DNA of 64,000 nucleotides from Acidimicrobiia bacterium (GTDB lineage Bacteria; Actinomycetota; Acidimicrobiia; Spongiisociales; UBA5794): NCBI GenBank assembly GCA_035458525.1, contig DATHZQ010000091.1, positions 70,201 to 134,200 of the forward strand, read 5' to 3'. Shown piece by piece: positions 60,300 to 64,000 of this stretch (position 1 is its first letter; each line of letters starts with the position of its first letter). The notes under the pieces were generated by a model. It saw only the letters and a program-made list of their open reading frames with translations, ran no database searches and was not told where the DNA came from. The position numbers and the translations under genes were made by a program.

Positions 60300-61103
60300 A
60301 TGCCGGAGCGGACGAGATACGCCAACGGGGTTCCGAGCTGGGTCGACCTCGGAACAACCGACACGGAAGGTGCGAAGGCCTTCTACGGAGCGCTCTTCGG
60401 CTGGGAAGCCACCGACATGCCTGCGTTGGACGACATGACCTACACGATGTTCAGCAGGGACGGCAAGATGGTGGCAGGGATGGGTGAGCTGACTGCCGAC
60501 CAGGTCGATGCAGGCATGCCACCGGCATGGACGACGTACCTGAACGTCGCTGACCTCGACGATGCGATTGCCAGGGTCCCGGTCGCCGGGGGCACGGTCA
60601 TCGTGCCGCCGCTGGATGTGATGGATACCGGGCGCATGGCGTTGATCGCCGATCCGACCGGAGCTGCGCTCGGACTCTGGCAGCCGGGAACTCACATCGG
60701 TGCGCAACTGGTGAACGAGCACGGTGCGCTCAGTTGGAACGAGCTGATCACCGACGATACGGAAGCTGCCGCCGACTTCTACGCCGAGGCCTTTGGCTGG
60801 CGCACCGAAGTGGCGGACACGCCGAACGGTCCGTACACGGCGTTCTGGGCGGATGGCAACGTCGAGGGCAACGCAGCCGCCGGCATGATGGCCAAGAACG
60901 AAGGCATGGGTCCGATGCCGAACGCATGGGGTGTCTACTTCTCGGCAGACGATGTCGATGCGGCGACGGAGACCATCGAAACCAACGGCGGCGGCGTCGT
61001 GATGCCGGCGATGGACCTCCCCGGAGTCGGCAGGATGGCGGTCGTGCACGATCCGCAGGGAGCGATGTTCACCGTCATCAAGCTCGCCAACGAGCAACGC
61101 TAG
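60300..61103 (+). CDS. Two-domain VOC-family protein (Rv0577/CFP32-like glyoxalase-fold)
   Basis: Two repeats of the pattern are present: GVPSWVDLGTTDTEGAKAFYGALFGWE...GRMALIADPTGAALGLWQ and LSWNELITDDTEAAADFYAEAFGWR...GRMAVVHDPQGAMFTVI. Confidence 0.85.
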   Translation: MPERTRYANGVPSWVDLGTTDTEGAKAFYGALFGWEATDMPALDDMTYTMFSRDGKMVAGMGELTADQVDAGMPPAWTTYLNVADLDDAIARVPVAGGTVIVPPLDVMDTGRMALIADPTGAALGLWQPGTHIGAQLVNEHGALSWNELITDDTEAAADFYAEAFGWRTEVADTPNGPYTAFWADGNVEGNAAAGMMAKNEGMGPMPNAWGVYFSADDVDAATETIETNGGGVVMPAMDLPGVGRMAVVHDPQGAMFTVIKLANEQR

Positions 61104-61650
61104 GCCCGCATCGAGCCCTCGCCGTCCGCGATGACGTTGCGGATGGTCTTCCGTGCGAGATCCGAAAACGCCGGGTTGGTGTCGACGTAATAGGCCAGTG
61201 CGCCAACGGCTCCAGACAGCGCCAGCGCCCATCCCCTCGCTCGGTTCCAGGACGCTTCATCTGGGTTGGCGCTGCGCCGGAAGGCGTGCCTGCTCTCGCC
61301 GGCGAAGACCCACCAACCTGCGATGAGATCGAGGGTCGGGTTGCCAAGCGCACATTCGCCGAAATCGAGCACGGCGCGGAGTTCGCCGTGGTCGACCACG
61401 AGGTTGCCGGGCATGAGATCTCCGTGGATCCAAGCCGGCGTGCCGTCCCAAGGGGGCTGGGCGAGAGCCCTCTCCCAGACCGCAGTCAACAGGTGGGGAT
61501 CGAACTCCTCGGCAACGGCGGCGATGGAGGTTCGTGTCCAAGGGTCGCCGTCGACCTGGTGTCGCCCGCGTCGGTTCGTTGACGACTCGCCGGGCAGCTG
61601 GATCGACCGCATCGCCGCAACGAACTCGCCGAGCCGAATCGCCGGGCAAG
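61100..61650 (-). pseudogene. C-terminal half of an aminoglycoside/choline-kinase-type phosphotransferase (APH family), lacking its N-lobe
   Basis: PAWIHGDLMPGNLVVDHGELRAVLDFGECALGNPTLDLI is the catalytic HGD..N and DFG-like loop. It is read in the same ORF as an unrelated beta-lactamase-family fragment upstream. The boundary coordinate is approximate. Confidence 0.6.
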
Positions 61651-61699
61651 TGCGATGAAAGCTGCAGCCGACGGCAGCGCCCACGGTGACGGCCCGGTT

Positions 61700-62136
61700 G
61701 ACGGAAACGCTGTAGTCGGCGGCGGGGTCGTCGAGACCGATGAGCCCTTCTTCGATCAACTGCATCACGACAGTTGCCGCCACGGGCTTGGTAACAGAGG
61801 CGAGACCGTACGGGGTGTGCTCGTCGGCCTCGATTGCGTCTCCAGGTCCGCAAAGCCAAACCCCTGCTCCCATGCAATCTCGCAGTCCCGCACCACCGCG
61901 ACGCTCAGGCCGGGAACGGCGAGCACCTCCCTCAGGTACTCGAGGTCCCCGGCCAGCGGTGCATATTCCGGGGGCACGCCTACGCCTTCGGTGTCCGCTT
62001 GGTGCACGAGCCAGGCAATCATCATCGCTCCGGCCAACAGGACGATCGCGACGTTGCGCGTGAGATCTCCCAAGCGGGTCCGAAACTCTCTGAATCGTCT
62101 CTCGGAAGTCAGCCGGGCAACAGAGACAAAGGTCAC
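61700..62136 (-). pseudogene. N-terminal ~135 aa of a serine hydrolase (beta-lactamase/PBP4-like family), frameshifted and truncated
   Basis: A TM anchor is followed by LEYLREVLAVPGLSVAVVRDCEIAWEQGFGFADLE (ORF 61765..62136). The sequence then shifts near 61850 to HTPYGLASVTKPVAATVVMQLIEEGLIGLDDP (SxxK motif) in the frame of ORF 61100..62257. The rest of the enzyme is missing. Confidence 0.6.
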
Positions 62137-62354
62137 GCCGGCGGCGAGGAACCCAAGGGTGACGCCTCGGTCGGATCCGCGTCAGCCAGCAGAGCCGAAC
62201 GCGCCGGCGACCTCCGGGAGGGACTTGGCGACGTCGCCCGGGTGCGTCAGCAACCATCCTGCGGCCGCCGCCAGCCGCTCCGCTGGGCCCTTCGACTCGA
62301 AGGACCCACCACGAATGCCTTACCGCGGGGCGAAGAGCAATCCGTTGTCTGTTC

Positions 62355-62723
62355 TCAGTCGTCCTCGGCGATCCACGCTCGCGCTGCAGCGAGATCGCCG
62401 ACGGAGAACCCCTTTGACTTGCCCGGCATGAAGTACGTCATCGCGGCGGCACCGTTGCGAAGCCACTCGTTGTCAGAGACGATCGCGATGCGCCGGAACG
62501 AGGTGAAGTTGCTGAACCCGAAGCGGACGTCATCGAGGGCGGCTCCGGCGGAATAGCCTTGGAACTCAGGCCCGAACATGAGGAGCAACGCAACCTTGTC
62601 GTGCTCGGCAGCAGCCTCCTCGACGGCCGGCACCAACGTCGTGTCGTAGTCATCGCCGCTGATCGTGCCGACCGCTTCGATGCCGACGACGCCTTCTGGC
62701 AGACCTTCCATCACGCAGAACAT
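62355..62723 (-). CDS. STAS/SpoIIAA-like (DUF3478-type) domain protein
   Basis: GVVGIEAVGTISGDDYDTTLVPAVEEAAAEHDKVALLLMFGPEFQGYSAGAALDDVRFGFSNFTSFRRIAIVSDNEWL. Confidence 0.75.
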   Translation of the reverse strand: MFCVMEGLPEGVVGIEAVGTISGDDYDTTLVPAVEEAAAEHDKVALLLMFGPEFQGYSAGAALDDVRFGFSNFTSFRRIAIVSDNEWLRNGAAAMTYFMPGKSKGFSVGDLAAARAWIAEDD

Positions 62724-62938
62724 TGGAGACCTTTCGGGCGAGGAGTGTCAACGCTAACCGCCCGCAAGCCGGTATTGGCAGCGGCGTTGCTTCGCCGTTT
62801 CGACAGACACGCCCGCCTCGATGTGCCATGGTGACCGGCGAGCAGATTCAGCGACTCGAGAAGCGAGATGTGCAATCGTCAGAGAAGGCACACAACAACC
62901 GGCTGGCGAACCGCTGCCCTGCCCGGCCCAGCACCGTC

Positions 62939-63442
62939 ATGAGTGATGCGCCACCCGCCGGCAGCGTCGTGCACGGTGTCCGCTTCAGCCTCGAGCGAGT
63001 CTTCGACGCACCACCGGCGCAGGTCTTCGACGCACTCGTGGACCCCGACCTGGCCCCGCGCTGGATGTGGGCGGGCGTGGGTACGAACCCGAACGCCGAA
63101 CTCGATCTTCGCGTGGGCGGCAGATACCGCATCGCCATCGATCCGGCTGACGGTGAGGAGGGCTGGAAGGGAGGCGCCGACCTTGCGATGTCGGGCATCT
63201 ACGTCGAGATCATTCGAGACCGCCGCCTCGTCTTCACCTTGCATTGGGAGGCTGACGTCGGATACAACCGCGACGGCGAAGTTCTCGATGAAGCGGTGAT
63301 CATCGATCTGGACGAGGTCGAGCGGGGGACGCGCCTCGTTCTCCAGCACGTCGGCATTCCGAACGACGGCGTGTCGGCGGCGGAGCATTGCCGCGGCACC
63401 GCGGCTGCGCTCGATCAGCTGGCAATACTCCTCCAAGGCTGA
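62939..63442 (+). CDS. SRPBCC / Aha1-like domain protein
   Basis: FSLERVFDAPPAQVFDALVDPDLAPRWMW...GGRYRIAI...GIYVEIIRDRRLVFTLHWE...GTRLVLQH. An alternative upstream ATG is at 62828. Confidence 0.8.
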   Translation: MSDAPPAGSVVHGVRFSLERVFDAPPAQVFDALVDPDLAPRWMWAGVGTNPNAELDLRVGGRYRIAIDPADGEEGWKGGADLAMSGIYVEIIRDRRLVFTLHWEADVGYNRDGEVLDEAVIIDLDEVERGTRLVLQHVGIPNDGVSAAEHCRGTAAALDQLAILLQG

Positions 63443-63524
63443 CGCCGCACCGCGACGACGATCCACTCTCTAGGCTGTCCATACCGGGGACGGGACAACA
63501 GGGTTTGGTCCGAGGAGGGAACGA

Positions 63525-64000
63525 ATGGCACGCTTGCTACCGCTGATCGCTGCGTTGATGCTCATTACCGGGGCATGCGGCGGCGATTCCGATGAGGGCA
63601 CGTCGTCGGATACCGTCGATCCGTCAGACCCCACGTCGGTCGAGACAACGCAGCCTGCTCCGGATGATGCGAGCGGCGACACCACACCGCCAGCCGACGA
63701 TGACAGCGAAGGTGCGAGCGGCGACTCCGACGGCTCCGGTCCTTCGACCGCAACCGTGACCCTCGGCGACGAGACGTACCTCTTCTCGACCGAAGGCGCC
63801 GTCGTCGCCCAATGCTTGACGAACCTCTTCGGCATCTTCTCGGTTCAGCTGCCGAGGATCGATGACACCGGTGCTCCGGCCGACGGGAGCATCCAGATCG
63901 TCGCCCTGCACGAGGGCACCGACCCGGACGAGGTCGGCGAGGTCAACTCCGTCGAGGTGAGCGTGGCCGACGACGACTGGGTAGCCGACGAGGCCGACAG
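63525..64000 (+). CDS. Lipoprotein of unknown function; the ORF runs off the right edge of the window
   Basis: Absent from the ORF track because there is no stop. A GAGGAGG RBS lies 6 nt upstream. MARLLPLIAALMLITGAC-GGDSDEG carries the lipobox. An acidic linker follows, then TVTLGDETYLFSTEGAVVAQCLTNLFGIFSV... The frame is open to position 64000. Confidence 0.65.
   Translation, partial: MARLLPLIAALMLITGACGGDSDEGTSSDTVDPSDPTSVETTQPAPDDASGDTTPPADDDSEGASGDSDGSGPSTATVTLGDETYLFSTEGAVVAQCLTNLFGIFSVQLPRIDDTGAPADGSIQIVALHEGTDPDEVGEVNSVEVSVADDDWVADEAD

Noticed and set aside
62160-62350. Minus-strand ~45-codon open stretch ending ...GPAERLAAAAGWLLTHPGDVAKSLPEVAGAFGSAG*
   Set aside because: It looks like the C-terminal end of some protein. 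However, it has no start codon, a TAA lies immediately upstream in frame, and I recognise no family. It may be another remnant, but the evidence is too weak to call.

Overview
This is a GC-rich bacterial chromosomal segment; third codon positions are mostly G/C. The gene content includes F420-type LLM oxidoreductases, an LprG/P55-like lipoprotein-MFS operon, a Zur/Znu cluster, Tat and lipobox signals, an LPXTG surface protein, and many VOC, SRPBCC, TetR, MarR and ArsR genes. By inference this points to a high-GC Actinomycetota genome. I call about 75 protein-coding genes on both strands. They are tightly packed, often with 1-8 nt start/stop overlaps. I found no rRNA, tRNA, CRISPR array, transposase or integrase. 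Many long ORFs in the six-frame track are Arg/Gly/Ala-rich antisense or out-of-frame shadows of real genes. Recognisable modules:
- narK (partial)
- a sortase-anchored protein with six tandem domains
- two lipoproteins plus an MFS transporter (LprG/P55-like)
- MarR/YceI
- thiolase-SfsA
- ArsR plus a membrane protein
- protealysin-like M4 protease plus an emfourin-like inhibitor plus a patatin phospholipase
- PreT/PreA dihydropyrimidine dehydrogenase
- an ABC-2 exporter with a two-component system
- an adenylation-carrier fusion opposite a GNAT
- an ECF Co/Ni transporter (CbiMQO)
- Zur with ZnuACB
- PAS-MBL-HNH

Most noteworthy observations:
1. The M4 protease/inhibitor pair carries unexpected membrane-targeting signals.
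2. An orphan, frameshifted Hcp-family (T6SS tube) gene is present.
3. The MFS transporter has an in-frame extra C-terminal module with its own RBS and ATG.
4. There are several perfect AT-rich palindromes in promoter regions, including two perfect TGTGA-N6-TCACA sites.
5. The density of frameshifted or truncated gene remnants is unusually high, roughly 8 loci.

All functional calls rest on my reading of the translated sequences, not on database searches.
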